Shown: positions 1 to 13,469 of the stretch, in pieces
Position numbering within the stretch: position 1 is the stretch's first letter
Layout of the letters: the number at the start of each line of letters is the position of its first letter
NCBI GenBank assembly: GCA_012026655.1
Contig: JAAILG010000175.1
Location: 1 to 64,000, forward strand
Length of the DNA stretch: 64,000 nt
DNA from: Hydrolagus affinis
Taxonomy: Eukaryota
Direction: 5' to 3'
Notes under the pieces: model-generated
What the model was told of the DNA's origin: nothing
Seen by the model: the letters and a program-made list of their open reading frames with translations, nothing else
Database searches by the model: none
Translations under genes and position numbers: made by a program

Positions 1-244
1 TGTGTGGGGGAGAGAGGCGGCTGGGGGGGTTGTGGGGGCGGAGAGAGATGGCTGGGGGGTGGTGTGGGGGGGGAGAGAGACGGCTGGTGGGGGATGGGGG
101 GGAGAGAGACGGCTGGGGAGAGGTGGGGAGGAGAGACAGACGGCGGGTGGGGGGGAGGGAGAGAGTGACGAAAACCCCGAAAATATCGATATTTCGGTAT
201 ATCTCGATATGAAATCGGAAAATTTCCATGTCAACGGACCCTAG
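1..244. mobile_element. Right end of a hAT-like non-autonomous DNA element containing a G-rich minisatellite (1-165)
   Basis: Tandem GGGGGAGAGAGACGGCTG-like units, then CpG-rich subterminal sequence (palindrome AAATATCGATATTT at 181-194), ending ...ACGGACCCTA (reverse complement TAGGGTCCGT, a TAGGG-type hAT terminus). The left end is outside the window. Confidence 0.45.
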
Positions 245-1559
245 CTACCAGTAAACAAATCTGCACTTCCCTTTATGTTTGTGGGTATCTTGTGATGGGT
301 AGTGCTGGATATATTTTTGGAGCTCTTTATTGGAGCTTCTCACATGATTTTATTACCATTACAATGTAGACATGGTGGACTGACTGATGGCTGTTTATTC
401 AGGATTAAGAGGTTGTTCTCCCCTTGTCAGTAAATTTATAACCTTTGGTGGCAAGTGCATATTATTCTTTGCCTATTGATAAATGGGCTGACCTTTGACA
501 GTGAACACTTACAATAGGATTTCTCACTATAAGTCCACACTGTCAAAAGTCGAAAAAGAAGCAAATGGGAAGTAGTACTTGCTGCTATTAACATTGAAGG
601 AAATTGTTAACAGAATGGAAATCCAGTGAAATGTTCCTAACATATTTTACTCAAACCTTGTTTGCTGAGCCTAAATAGCCTCAGATTGTTGGAGCCAAGT
701 AATTCACAAGGAGATCATTAGTACTTTTTCTCCTTCTGGTTTCATCAGCAGCATTTTCTTGCTGTTGTGTAGCTCCTTTTGCCTGATTGATTTCAATATC
801 TTATGCTCCTGAGAGCATTTTTGTTAGTGCTTTGGTGGTATTAAGTGCAATTTTGATTTGGGCTAAATAATGTCAATATTTAACGCTGATATTTGTCTTT
901 AAAAATGTCACATTGACATTGTATCCACTGTTCCACACCCTCATTATGAGATTAATTGACTCTTGATCAATCTGTCTTGATATGCATTACCACCAGCCAT
1001 TAACATTGAGTGGAAAGTCTGAACTGGCGATAAATATGTCATGTGGATATTTTCAGCCTAAAAAATAGAGTGAGCTTCAGCATTAAACTGTCCCAACTTC
1101 TCCACAGGCTAACTTAGACCAAAATCATATACCCGCTGACCACATCTTACGACTACCATTTGGCAATAAGATTCATTTCAAGAATAAATTGAGAATAATT
1201 TATCAGAAAGAAATCCCAAAGGCTGTCCAAAACCATACCTCACAAATATTTAATGTACAAACTTGCATTGATTTTCAATACCTGAAATAATCTGAAGCTT
1301 CAATTAATTTTAATAAATTTAAGATTAGTTGATGCTATTGTGGTTGATACGATAGAAAATTACAAAATTACATTTTATGTCTTTCATGTTTGGGAGGATG
1401 TCCTGACGCTCTGTGGGACTTGGATGTGAAGTTTGGATCCTGGTTGTTACACTGATAGAAATAGCCAATTAGTAAATCATAGCACTGGAGTACAGTTCAT
1501 CATCAGTTAAGCCAAAACTTAAACAGATTCTGTACTGCACTTTTGTTCATTCCATTTCA

Positions 1560-1790
1560 AATAATATAACAATAATAATTATTGCATTTGATAAAGTGTC
1601 TTATCATGTCTTCAAGATGTCTCAAAGCACTTCACAAAATATACTGTGAAATGAATTGACTGTATGTTTTGAGGCAAATTGCGCACAGCAGTGTCCTACA
1701 AACAGTCATGGATTAAGTAACCAAATTTTTTTAATTTTAATTATTTTTTGAAGGGACTATTACCCCTGGAAAAGTGATCTGCCAAATGGC
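1560..1790 (-). mobile_element. tRNA-derived SINE, 5'-truncated copy
   Basis: Reverse complement of the shared SINE tail (GTTTGT.GGACACTGCTGTGCGCAATT...GTGAAGTGCTTTGAGACATCT...TCAAATGCAA-(TTA)n). Confidence 0.8.
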
Positions 1791-1909
1791 AAACATAATG
1801 CATAATTACAATATTTAATTTTACTTTGAAAAACAAGCCAACAATCGATTCATTCACATGGGTGAATTTGGGGATGTTCCTTAAAGCATTACTTAAAATC
1901 TTCAAGAAA

Positions 1910-1928
1910 TGCCAGCAGGTGGCGATCC
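1910..1928 (+). promoter_or_regulatory. Candidate CTCF binding site
   Basis: TGCCAGCAGGTGGCGA closely matches the CTCF core consensus CCASYAGRKGGCR. Motif match only. Confidence 0.4.
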
Positions 1929-2517
1929 TCCCCAGGTAACTGGTGTGTTCCTTTCAAGATCCTAGCATTTTCATGGATCCTGAAGAAGTGATTGTTTTGT
2001 AATAAATATCAGACTGAGCATCAAATTCCAGATTCTATTGTTTATTTGTAAACATTTAAAAATTAAGAAGGCGTAGGGTGGGTAATGAGATTAAGCAGAC
2101 CTAATTCAAGCTAATGTTGTGATCATGTGTGATCTTTATATTGCCAGATTGCTTTATATTACTGTATATAATACTGTACGGCTTTCCAAGGGTTGATCTG
2201 ACGAGGATGGTTGAAATTCTCTAGGCCAACATTAACTTATAATGAGGCAATACACCAAGGATTGACAGGATCACATGCGTTATGTTCTCTGCGGGATGTA
2301 TTTGTGTTTGAAATAAAATGACATTATTTTTTCCTGAATTTCACCTCAATGTACCTTTTTTTAATGAACAATTACTCGGAGAAATTTAAATGAACACATA
2401 AATAAATGAAAGCAAAGAATCCAATTTATCTTCTATGTCTCACACTATGTCAAATACAAAGTATCTGATCCTTTCAGGGACTTGCATTAACTGTATTTTT
2501 TTTTCCTTTAAAATTAG

Positions 2518-2618
2518 GGTCACAACATTTTTGCGAATCTATCTTCGAAAGAGTACAGTGATATGATGCAACTTCTGAAGCAAGCCATACTGTCCACTGA
2601 CCTCATGTTGTATTTTGA
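2518..2618 (+). CDS. PDE11A: PDE11-family phosphodiesterase, catalytic-domain exon (GHNIFANLSSKEYSDMMQLLKQAILSTDLMLYFE)
   Basis: Acceptor ttttcctttaaaattag|GGT, donor GA|gtgagt, 101 nt, phase 0 to 2. Close to the vertebrate PDE11A segment GHNIFANLSSKEYSDLMQLLKQSILATDL. Confidence 0.95.
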
Positions 2619-3248
2619 GTGAGTGCTTAAATTGTTTATAAACACTTATTTTTATCACCAAGTATCTGACACAGGCTAAGAGTATTCAAAGTAGACCAGA
2701 AGTTGCATATACTGTACTGTATATGTATACCTATACTTGGAAATTTCCCTGGTGTCTGGAATGGAATGTGCACTCCCTCCCCGGAGAGACACACCCTCCT
2801 TACTTAATTCTGAGGTGTATTAGACACAGATTGGCAAGAGGCAAACCTTGAGGGGGACAACAGTGTGTATTGGAGTATTGCTGGAGTCCCAACAGTTGAT
2901 AACTATATAATTTGCCACGGAGCTTGCGATTCTGTTCCCAACGATTGGTCTGCAACTTACAATTAACATTTTTTATTGGATTAACTATGTGGAAACCCAA
3001 CAGTTTACCAGATTCATCTCAGAGTGATCCAGTGACATTCTGCGCAGATCCTGATTGTGGGGAATCTCCTCCCGTATTCTGAGAAACTTCTTTAGGAATG
3101 ATGAAATGTCATGGAAATTAACTCACCATCTGAGCGGAGGTCTGAGAACACATAAGGGTAGCGGCAGGATTAGATATTGCTGATTCTGATTACAAATTCC
3201 TGCACTTTAGATGCAAATACTAAAACAATAGCAATGTCCAATGTATTG

Positions 3249-3570
3249 AGGAGTCCTGTAGCTCAGCAATTAGAGCACTCATCTTGCAAGTGAGAGAGCT
3301 GAGTTCAATTCCAGGCATGGTAAACCTTGGGCAAGTTTCCTTACTCCACATGCCTGATAACAATCGCTTGAAAAAAAACAATAATAAATTGGTGATTTCA
3401 TTCCACGACTGTTTGTGGGACATTGCTGTGCACAATTGTCTGCCAAATTTTGCCTGCAATAATACAATACAGTAAATTCACTTGAGAGTATATTCTGTGA
3501 AGCGCTTTGAGACGTCTAGAAGATTGCGCAGCGCTATGTCAAATGCAATTATTATTATTATTATTATGAT
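3249..3570 (+). mobile_element. Full-length tRNA-derived SINE (short-body subfamily)
   Basis: Pol III A box (TAGCTCAGCAATTAGAGC) and B box (GAGTTCAATTCC), AAACCTTGGGCAAGTTTCC body, L2-like 3' hairpin and (ATT)n tail. Confidence 0.9.
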
Positions 3571-3815
3571 GATGTCTCTTCACTGGAAATTCTGTTGGGG
3601 GTGGGTGACCTTGGTTTCGATGCTTGTTCACAATGATAAATTGGACTGTCTGTTTCTTTATCGCGTTCAGTGACAGGATTAATGCTGACTAATGTTGAGC
3701 ACCATTATACGTGGAAAGGACATGTTGTCAATTCAGATATGTTCTGACCTGATTAGATTCCAAATATATTTGCAAAAGTTCTGCAACACTACTGATGTTC
3801 CACATATGTAGCTCA

Positions 3816-4163
3816 GGTGTCAGCTTGACTCAATTAATAGCACTCTTGTTTCTGAGTCAGAAAGTTATAGGTTCAAGACTCTTGTCAAGACTTTGAGTTT
3901 GAGGTTTTGGACCGTTACTCCAGTGCAGTGAAGGGATGTGTTTGATTGACAGAGGTGCTGTTCTTCGGATAAGTTATTAAACTGAGGACCCATCTACTTG
4001 TTCAGTTTGATATTAACCATCCCATGGCATTATTCAAAAAGAGATGGGAGTTTCTCCTTGTGTTCTGGCTAATAAACCTCCAGATAAGTTGGTCATCGAC
4101 ATCCTGTGAGACACTTCAAAGATGTAATAAAGCGTCATATCAAATGCAAGGATTATTATTATT
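3816..4163 (+). mobile_element. Deu-domain SINE (SacSINE1/AmnSINE1-like)
   Basis: tRNA-like head GGTGTCAGC..GACTCA..TAGCACTCT..TCTGAGTCAGAA..GGTTCAAG, Deu-type core GAGGTGCTGTTCTTCGGATAAG.TTAAACTGAGG...ATCCCATGGCA.TATTC...GGGAGTTTCTCC, and (TTA)n tail. Confidence 0.8.
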
Positions 4164-4688
4164 ATCCTCCAGGGAGAGAGTGTGCATTCCACTCCAACAG
4201 TCTAATTCTGGAATTTTTATGTGTAGGTGAGATGCATGGAATTCTCAGTTTGGTTTGGATACTGTTAAGCCTGGTGATGGGTTTCCGAATGTGTTAGACA
4301 CCTGGTTGACTGAAAAACAAAATGGAGTCTGTCTGCCTATTGAGATGCCTTAGCATTTTTCAAAAAGAGAAGGTCAACAATCTCCCAGATAAAATTAGAC
4401 ATTCTGGCCAATTTCTGACCACATTCTGACCATTGAGTTATTTGTGGGACATTGCTGTGTTTATCTACAAATGCACGGTCATTTACTTCACAGTAAGATT
4501 CTGTTAAACGCTTTGAAAAGTCTCCTCCTGGTGGGAAAGGAGCTATATCAAATACAAGGATTATGTATTTATTATAAATGTTTTGAAATTTTGCATGATG
4601 ATAAGTGCCATATCAAATGTAGGCTTTATTATTATGCTGCAGTGCTGCTCGACACAGATAGAATAAAATATTTCTTGTTTAAATTCAG

Positions 4689-4766
4689 GAAGCGCACAAA
4701 GTTCTTTGAATATGTCATGTCCGGAGAGCACAACTGGCGTCTGGAGAAGCACAGGGAAATGTTGAG
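4689..4766 (+). CDS. PDE11A: PDE11-family exon ((E)KRTKFFEYVMSGEHNWRLEKHREML(R))
   Basis: Acceptor tttaaattcag|G, donor AG|gtaatt, 78 nt, phase 2 to 2, in frame with both neighbours. Aligns to PDE11A RRTEFFELVSKGEYDW. Confidence 0.93.
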
Positions 4767-5061
4767 GTAATTGAAACTTTCAAACATGTTTTATTTATCA
4801 TTGGACAAATATATGTGGGAGCCAATGTTATGAAGTAAAAAAAATAATTTTTTTTGCTGAAAATGGATGGAGCTAGAAGGGAACAATTCCTTGTTCAGGG
4901 AAAAACAATAATGTTTATATACATTATATAATGAATCATTTTAAATTGCTGCTATCGCTACCATGTTCACAGAGTCCCACTTGTTTTCCATACATGTTCT
5001 GTCCTGCCCTCTTGTCTTGATCTGCAAGGAAATAATTGTTCTTTTATTTTGATAACTTCAG

Positions 5062-5125
5062 ATCTATGCTGATGACAGCTTGTGATTTAGGAGCTGTCAC
5101 AAAGCCTTGGGAGATATCAAAGCAG
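5062..5125 (+). CDS. PDE11A: PDE11-family exon ((R)SMLMTACDLGAVTKPWEISKQ) with the metal-binding Asp
   Basis: Acceptor gataacttcag|A, donor CAG|gtgagt, 64 nt, phase 2 to 0. Contains the PDE motif TACDL...KPW. Confidence 0.96.
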
Positions 5126-5667
5126 GTGAGTATTGAAAAAAATATTCCTACATTTAAATGGTACAATATTTACAAATTTTATAAATAATAATAAACAGGT
5201 CAGCCCAATTATGAGACGTTCATTTGGCTCAAGCCTCTCAACAGCCGTGTTGAAGCAATGGCCAAATTTTAGGTTATGAGTATCACTGCTGATGTCATTT
5301 CCTGCAATTCTATGAGAACAAGTTGTAGGCGAGAAATATCTCTAACATTGCGTCCTTTGCAAAATGATATCAGCCGTGTTTCCTGTGTATAGCCTATGTC
5401 TTTAATATTCACCCATCATCATTTGTTGAGCATATCTGGACATGAAACCATTGCTTCTTGAAATAAAAATGACCAAGTTAAATGTTTAAAAGGACTCTAA
5501 TTTGCACTATCCCTTAATGAAGAATTCCACTAGAATTCAATGACATAGGAAAACTCCACTCCCAAGGGAGATTGTGTCAGAACAGAATTTCTGAGGTTAT
5601 TGTGACATATTTCAGTTACCAGAAAGAAACAACATTTTCTCCATTAAAAATGCTGTTGATAAACAAG

Positions 5668-5733
5668 ATAACAACAACAACAAATTACACTTATAAAGCG
5701 CCTTTCACGTCGGGAGGACGTCCCAAGTCACTG
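5668..5733 (-). mobile_element. L2 (family B) 3' hairpin plus (GTT)n tail only
   Basis: Reverse complement reads CAGTGACTTGGGACGTCCTCCCGACGTGAAAGGCGCTTTATAAGTGTAATTTGTTGTTGTTG. Confidence 0.8.
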
Positions 5734-7573
5734 AAGATTCATTTGAATAGGAGTTTGTGTGAACAGTTTATGATAATACGAAACCGACACAACATCAATT
5801 GTAGTGTACAGTAAAATCCATTTTGTTGTAAAAAAAACACAACTGTTAAGCTATAGAAGAAATATTATTTTATCCATTATTTCAAAAGCCGTGCTCGAGA
5901 TGGAGAAGATGTGTGTATTTAAGCATGGTGTGGATCAGTGATAGTTCAATCACCAATACAATGCTTTTTTTCATACTGTAGCAAAATGCTTTTTTTCCTA
6001 AAGTATTAAGTACTGTAGGCCACAATTTGGACTTATTGTACTGTCACTGTATAATTACACCAATATTCACAAGAGGATTTGCAAACAGTGGATGCTGCTC
6101 AGATGTGACTTAACAGGAATCGAAACTGAGATCAGTTTCCATGCAGAATTCCAGAGGGTGGTCTGCAACATATCCGGGATTTGCTACTTACAAATCCTTT
6201 TGAGCATCTCGTAAATCAGATTCCTCATATTGTATTTATTGGAAAGAAGAATCTCCATAAAAAGGGCTCTTTCTGCTCAGGAATCGGAATGTATTTCTGT
6301 TTCATATTTCCTCATTCATAATTTACCATGTAAGGTATCAGCAGAGAAAGTGGAATGGCTGTAGTGTGATCTAAGCTTTATGCTTTGGGCACCTGTTACG
6401 TTTTTTCTTGATGGTTAACAGAAGAAGCACTGTGACATCAATGTAAACAACTATAAGATGCAACTGAAGTGTTGAAGTGCAAAGTTGATCAGTGTAGAGC
6501 GATGCAATGTAGCGATATTATACAGCGTGATGCACTTGGGCATTAATATATTCCAGCAGAACCATTCTGGCAACACTGTTAGCTTCGGAATTACAATAGT
6601 CCACACAGTATCCTGTGATATTTCAAAATCCCATACAGTGCCCTTGGGCAATAAGCAACAAGTACCCACTCAATATTATGATGTGGACATCAAGTATAGA
6701 AAATGTCTTAAGTTAATTACTGTACCCTGCAAATTAGATAAAGGAAAGTAATTGCTCTTTGAATTATTACACCTAATCTCATACAGAATGGTAAAAAAGT
6801 GATTAATTTGATTTTGTGAATTATTAAGCAATCTATTTAACCATACTGGAACCTATTTACGTATGCAACAAAGTCTTGTTTCATTTATATAGCCAGTAAT
6901 TTCTGTGTTTTCTCTTCATTTGTGAATTAACTCTTATTTTCTTTCGGCTGAGGAAGCACATAATTTTATGCATGCCGACGTGGTGCAGTAATGTTTTTAT
7001 GACATAATGATTTTCCTGCACGAGAATGTTGCATTTTAAATTAAATGACACCATCACATTGTACCCAGATCATTTTCAAACAATAGAAGGTCTGCTAAGT
7101 CATTTTCATTTGTGGAAGAGGGGCTTTCAAATAAATGGATTCTCTCGTGGCAAGCTTTTCCTTGTCGTCCAGTGACCTCCACAAATGGGTGTTTTCTGAA
7201 CTTGCTGACTCAAGGATATGGGTTGTGTAATTATCTGATGTTTGACTGAAGTGAAGTGGGACAGGAATGTCTATTTGTTTTCTTCACAATCTTTCTGATC
7301 AACATTTGACTCCATTCAATATTATGGTTTGGATTTCAAGTGGATAACATTTCCTAAGTGAATTTCTGTACCCAACAAATTTATATCAATTTATGGTTTA
7401 TGGTCTTTATAACAGTTTAATGTGATAATTATCACTGTGTGACGACTACTGGATTTTATTGCTAATGAATGCAAATATACTACATTCAATAGTTGAATTG
7501 CCACAATCAGAATATAATTTCCACTTGCTGAGTCTGGGATAAATATACACAACAGTTTTGTACTGTATTGTAG

Positions 7574-7648
7574 GTAGCTGAACTGGTAACCAGTGAATTC
7601 TTTGAACAAGGAGACAGAGAGCGTGCTGAGCTGAAGCTAACGCCAGCT
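7574..7648 (+). CDS. PDE11A: PDE11-family exon (VAELVTSEFFEQGDRERAELKLTPA)
   Basis: Acceptor gtattgtag|GTA, donor GCT|gtaagt, 75 nt, phase 0 to 0. Contains the EFFEQGDRE motif. Confidence 0.96.
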
Positions 7649-8411
7649 GTAAGTATCATTTTAAAGTATCACCCCTTAAATTCTGTCCTTCACTTTTTAT
7701 TCCTTTTATTCATTTCCCTTATCATTATCACTTGCCAGCACTCAATATCCTGTTCAGCACTGTCTGGAGACTTACAAATTGAGGCGGATTCACGCTATCC
7801 AAGTTAATTGGGAAGTCACCACTTCAATAATTATCTCATATATTTCTTTCACTCAGCTGTTGGATACTGTCTTGAAATATTTTGCAGGAGGAGAGACTGG
7901 CTCACAATCCACCGTGTAAAATGTCAAGTCCCACATGTTCACACAAGGCAAATATATTTGAACCCTGGTTGGCTAGACCAAATGGAGGGAGAACGGGGGA
8001 GATTGAGTCCAGCGAGCCGTAATTTCTGGCTAAGTGTAATTACAATGCTGGTGCTGACATTTACGAGCTTTTTTTCTGCCCCAACCTTTACAGTGCCACA
8101 AAATGCCGGTCAATGCCAGTACCAGCAATGTGATTATTTGTATCCAGTGAGCAGATGATAGTGAATATGCTACTTTCTGTTTCAGGATTCAAACTGAGTC
8201 AAAGTGAATACCTGGCCACTGAAGGTCAACAAAGAGGGTGAAGTGGGGGCACGGGCTAGGACAGTGGTCAGTGAGATTCTACATGTGTGAGGGGCTGCAT
8301 AAATGGTTCAGTCTCAGGACCGGTTTCCCTTAGGTATAAATTACAAGTAATCCAGGATTTCCCCTAACTGGTTTTAACCATTATGGTGTAAATGGCTGGT
8401 TACTTAATGAT

Positions 8412-8475
8412 CAGCGCCTTGGGACGTCCTCCCGATGTGAAAGGTGCTCTATAAATGTAATTTTGTTGTTGTTGT
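8412..8475 (+). mobile_element. L2 (family B) 3' hairpin plus (GTT)n tail only
   Basis: CAGCGCCTTGGGACGTCCTCCCGATGTGAAAGGTGCTCTATAAATGTAATTTTGTTGTTGTTG, with GATCAG at both junctions. Confidence 0.85.
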
Positions 8476-11400
8476 CGATCAGATTGATTACCAGAGACCC
8501 ATCATTCCTCATGGTTTTCATAAGAATTTTTCAAATTTCTACATGATCTTACATTTTAAGACAATTATCTTCAAGTTAGGTATATGAGAAATAACTCAAA
8601 GGACAAATACAGTTGAATTCACCGATTTAAGTGGTTTGAACTGAAACTGATTCAGAACTGTATTCTGTCATTATCCCTAACTTGGCATTCAATCCTGTGA
8701 AGCACTTTGAGGTAGCCACTTGTTGTGCTATACCAGAAATAAAATTAATTTACTTATTGTTGATGATTCACATCTGTGGATAGGTAGGTATTGGTGTGGC
8801 TTCAATGTGTGTTATGGTGCAGTAATTTCAACATATGTACTCTGCAGGTACATATGTACTGTACCTGCAGCTGAGAACACACCAACTTACAATATTAAAT
8901 GAATCTTGGAGGAATGTTAAAGCAGAATAAAAATTGATAGTTGTATGGATAATTCTCACACTGCATCACAAGAGCACTGTACAGAGTTTAAGCCGGTGTC
9001 TTTTGTCTGGAACTGGATTTTCCAACATGGTTACTCTCTTATACATGACATGTATTTTCGCTCCACATGTAGATAGTAGGATGTTTGCAGGGAGATGAAA
9101 TTAATTGAGCAAATTGACTTTCCACAGACTGAATGTCGACAGTCCACGCACTCTTGTGGTTAACACTGTAGTGATCAATTGGAACCATATCTTGATGATA
9201 CAAAGTACGAACTTTGCTCTAAAATAAACTGAATAGCACCTCTAGAGTTGACTATTTATTATTTATCGTCAGGGTACTTTATTGTGGGTAATCTGCCTTT
9301 TCACTGTTTTTATTGGAGCAGGAATGTTTGTTGATGATTCACTGGTTTATTTGTGCTTATAATTTGTAATTCTCCCATCACATTGCTTGTCTGACTCAAA
9401 AAGTCAGAGAGGGAGAGGGAGAGAGCAAAATCACAGATTCTACAAACTGCCTTGAATTCTACGGTGCGATTGATCTTGGCAGGAATAGATTTGATCTGAA
9501 TTCAGACAAAGTCAACAATCCCTCTTTCACCCCTTGAAGCCAATGTAAATTTCAATCAGAGCCAAGATTGTGTCCATGGCTCCAGTTTGCCCAGTTGAGC
9601 TAAATTGACCATTTATTGAGTGTCTGCCCCAACTGAGGTTTGAACTAGGTATGACCCCATCTGTATGAAATGTCTTAACCTGTGCACCAGCAGGTTACTT
9701 TAGTTTTTAATCAATTCTGCTTTATGCTTTCCCTCCGACAAACAGGCTTGTTATTTATCTGACAGTTTAATCCTGTTTTAATGTCCGGTGGGCTGCAGGT
9801 TTCTAGAAACATTCTTTCCATTGGTATTAGTAGAAAGCATTCCACAATCAGATAAGGTACTCCTCAGCTTGACGCAAGCCGCTCACAGCAATCACATTTC
9901 TGCAATAGTAATTCACTACAACTTAATAGTGTGCCGAAATCTTTACAGAAGGAATCTTGCCATCAGTGCGCATTTAAAAATCAAACAGCTAGAAGGAATT
10001 ATGATTAACATGGACATTCTTTTCTTTTTCACTGCCCGCTTGCATTGCAGTTTCGAATATTTTCGTTGAACTACTGAGTACTGGTTATGTAGTCAGCGAG
10101 TCTGGCTAGAAAATGCTGTGCTGTGTGAGTGCTGAATTAATATCAGTAAAAACAATTAATAACCGAGAGAATTTCATTGCTAATGTAATTACAACTGTCA
10201 ATGCGAATTTAGCTCCCTCACATTGTCATGTGTAATAAATCCTCTAAGCCTGTTACTCTTACTGTATTTCCTAGGCTAGCTATTTAACCTGGATCAAACA
10301 CAGCAGTAGCAGAGTTCTGGGAACAGGTTCTCTGACCATCTCTCAGCCAGTGAATAAATCTGTGATGCAGAGAGGAATCAATTGCTGAAAAACAGGTCTT
10401 CTTAGTGTCTGTCCAGAAAACCTAATCACTTTGCTCTTTAATGCCTCGTATTCCGTAAAGGCTTAGAGCAAATAACCTCCTCACAATAGAAACATGAAAT
10501 AAAACTGTCCTGGGAGCACATTGGATAGATGACTGTAGATGCCTCAAAATCTTTTCTTCGGAAGCATTTTGTTGAAAGTATTTAAGTGCTTAAATAAAAT
10601 TGCTAAAACTCTATGAATGGAATAATCCAGCAAAAAACACAAAAGAGTGTAGTCACCCAACACAAACATAGTTCTATTGACAAGACCCTGAAGTGACTTT
10701 GGCACCTGATTGTTTTCCTTTGAACAATAACAGATACGTGACCTTGTCACCGGGGAGATCATTTCTGAATCAAAGGCAAGATATTCTGCCCAAATGCAGG
10801 AAGAAAATTATACTCATAACAGCATAAAGTTTACAGTGAGATTCGTTGTATATGAGCAATATTCTGCATTCATGCTCAATGTAATAAAAATTGTGTTTGT
10901 TCTTGACAAGAAACACAACATCCACAACAGCAGTGATGAATTGGTGAATGGTCACAAAGCCAGTCAATGAGAAAAGGCAGCAATTATTTGTCTTGATGGG
11001 TGCGTGAACAAGCTGTACAGGCTTGTTAACAGTGCACTTTGCCAATAAAACAATTGTGGAGCATGGATTTGAATTGTGGAAATGGAGGAACACTGCTGGG
11101 GCAGAGAAGCTCGTTTCCCATTGGGCTCTTGTGGGAGAAAAGTGTTACATCTGGAAGACCTACCAGTTTTTGAGGGTATGAGCCCCAATAATGCATCTAC
11201 AAAAGAGGACATGGGACCCCATCACTTGGAGTGCCAATGCCCTGTGAAAGACCAGAACAACACGAAGGAGGTGTGCGAGATGTCACATGGCATAAAAAGA
11301 AGAGCTGAGATAACATCAAGCTTCAGGGAGGTGTAGACTTCATACACAAGGTTTATGTTTCATCCACAAACTATAACAACAACAAAATTACATTTGTATA

Positions 11401-11649
11401 GTGCCTAACAACAACAACAATAAATTACATTTGTGTAGCTACCAATTCACTTCACAATATATTCTGTGAAGCACTTTGAAATGTCTCAATAACATGTTGA
11501 GGTGTTACATCAAATGCATAATAATGCATTATTATTTACATTATATATGTTGAAAATAATATATTTATCCTTCAAGTACAGCTTTTACTTAGTGAAGATG
11601 AGTATCTGGATAGATCTGATTATAATTAAACTTATAAATATAAAATTTA

Positions 11650-12010
11650 ATTCCTTAGAGCAGAGGAGGTTAAAGGATAATTTGGTTGAGGTCTTTAAAA
11701 TAATGAAAGAAATTAACAAGTTAGATGATGGAGACTTAGAATAATATCGTCCTTGCATTTGATGTAGCGCCTTATCATTATATCACTTACTCGCTATATA
11801 TCACTATCAGACATCATCGAAACATCTCAAAGTGCTTCACAGGATATATTGTAAAGAGGATTGACTGTATTTTGGGGGTGAAACACTACTCTTTCCTTGA
11901 AGAAAGATCTGTTACAAAGGGGCACAAACTTAAATTCAGAATTAAGACAGTTAAACTGAGGTGAGGAAGCATTTTTTCATACCGAGGGTTGTGAACATGT
12001 GGAATGTTCT
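11650..12010 (+). mobile_element. CR1 LINE ORF2 C-terminal fragment interrupted by a minus-strand SINE tail (~11740-11885)
   Basis: Encodes SLEQRRLKDNLVEVFKIMK, and after the SINE TKGHKLK and FFIPRVVNMWN, typical CR1 C-terminal motifs. Confidence 0.8.
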
Positions 12011-12039
12011 AATTCGCATATAAATCCCTTGATGCCCTA

Positions 12040-12358
12040 GTACGTACCTACTTAACCAGCCTGCTCATACCCAACTGCTCTGGCCACCACTTCACTCAGC
12101 TAACCCAAGCCTGCTGTACACCCGCCAATCCCTCTCCAACACACTCAGTGACCATGCCTTCAGCTACTATGCTTCTAATCTCTGGATGTCTCTGCCTTAA
12201 TCCCTTCACCTTGACCCACCTCAAAATCTACCTCTTCAACTGGGTCTATGGCCTTCTCCCCTTATCCCTTCTTATTTGTTTGGCTTCTGTCTTCTACTAC
12301 TATCCAGCACTCTGAGATGCTATTCTTCTTGAAGGATGCTATATAAATGCAAGTTGCT
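12040..12358 (+). mobile_element. Old L2 3' fragment
   Basis: Degenerate GCCTTCAGCTACTATGC...CTCTGGA, AAAATCTACCTCTTCAAC and hairpin/TATATAAATGCAAGTTG tail. Confidence 0.65.
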
Positions 12359-12648
12359 GAAGGAAGAGAATGATGGGTGAAATGATAATGTTTTGCGACA
12401 GCTTCTTTCAGTGTAAACCCTGCTTCTCTTGCAATTACTTTATGCCTTTTTAATCCTTAGCCTTAAAGAACAGCCTACTGACCAGTGCCACTTGAGCCTC
12501 TTCTTCAAACAAACTCAGTGGTTAAAGCAAATAGCACATATGCATATAAGAGGCAGCTAAGTTTACACATTAGGGAGAAACATCAACAAAATTACATTTG
12601 TAGAGCATCTTTCATGTCCAGAAGACATCTCAAGGCTGAACAGAAAGG

Positions 12649-13462
12649 ACAAGACGGAGGACATACTCTTTGGCTCTCATCAACGTCTCCATTTGCACGG
12701 CTCTCACCTCCTCCACCTTCCCGGCCTGCCCCTAAAACTCTCTGAACCTGTGTGCAACGTAGGCGTAAGGTTCGACCCCTAATTGTCCTTCCTCCCTCAT
12801 ATTCGGTCCCTCACCAGCACCGCCTTCTTCCACCTCCGACAGATCGCCCGTCTCCGGCAATACCTCACCCCAAAAGCCACTGAAACCTGGTCCATGCCTT
12901 TGTCACCTCTCAGCTGGATTAGTCAAATGCCCTCCTCGCTGGTCTCCCCTCCTCCACAATCCACAGAGTGCAACTCATTCAGAACTCTGCCGCCCGCATT
13001 CTCACCGGATCAAACTTCGCTCCCCCATTACCCCAGTCCTTGCCAGACTTCACTGGCTCCCTATCCCACAGAGGATCAACTTCAAGATCCTCACCCTTGT
13101 CTTCAAATCCCTCCACTCCTCTGCACCACCCCCTACCTCTCTGACCTCCTCAAACCAGCACCCATTGCCTTCGCTCCACTGGGTCTGGCCTCCTCAATGT
13201 CCCCCGAATCCTCCTCTCCACCCTCGGCGGCCGTGCCTTCAGCCATGATGCCCCGAGGCTCTGGAATTCCCTTCCTCACTACCTTCGCCTCGCCCCACTC
13301 TTTTCTCAGCTTCAAGTCCCAGCTGAAGACCTTTCTCTTCGACCGCGCATTTGGTCACCTTTCTACCCCTGCCCCTGGCTCATTCCCAGGATCCGCTATT
13401 GTGAAGTGCTCTGATACTCCATCCGGCATGGAGGGCTATATAAATCATTGTCGTTGTTGTTG
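12649..13462 (+). mobile_element. L2 LINE (family A) 3' fragment
   Basis: Encodes SFLPHIRSLTSTAFFHLRQIARLRQYLTPKA and FKSQLKTFLFDRAF, ends in hairpin plus (GTT)n. Highly similar to 29175-30007. Confidence 0.92.
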
Positions 13463-13469
13463 AACACGA

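Noticed and set aside
3249-3320. tRNA gene (also heads at 3816, 20564, 22600, 23441, 31825)
   Set aside because: A/B boxes are present, but the sequence runs into SINE bodies and I see no complete cloverleaf. These are SINE heads.
3482-3673. Recurring short ORFs containing [11 protein letters not shown] or KCKDYYY that look like a peptide family
   Set aside because: All are translations of the shared SINE tail in varying frames.
4444-4770. 108-aa ORF as a standalone gene (likewise 16532-16774)
   Set aside because: Only the spliced exon part is PDE11 coding. The rest is intronic read-through.
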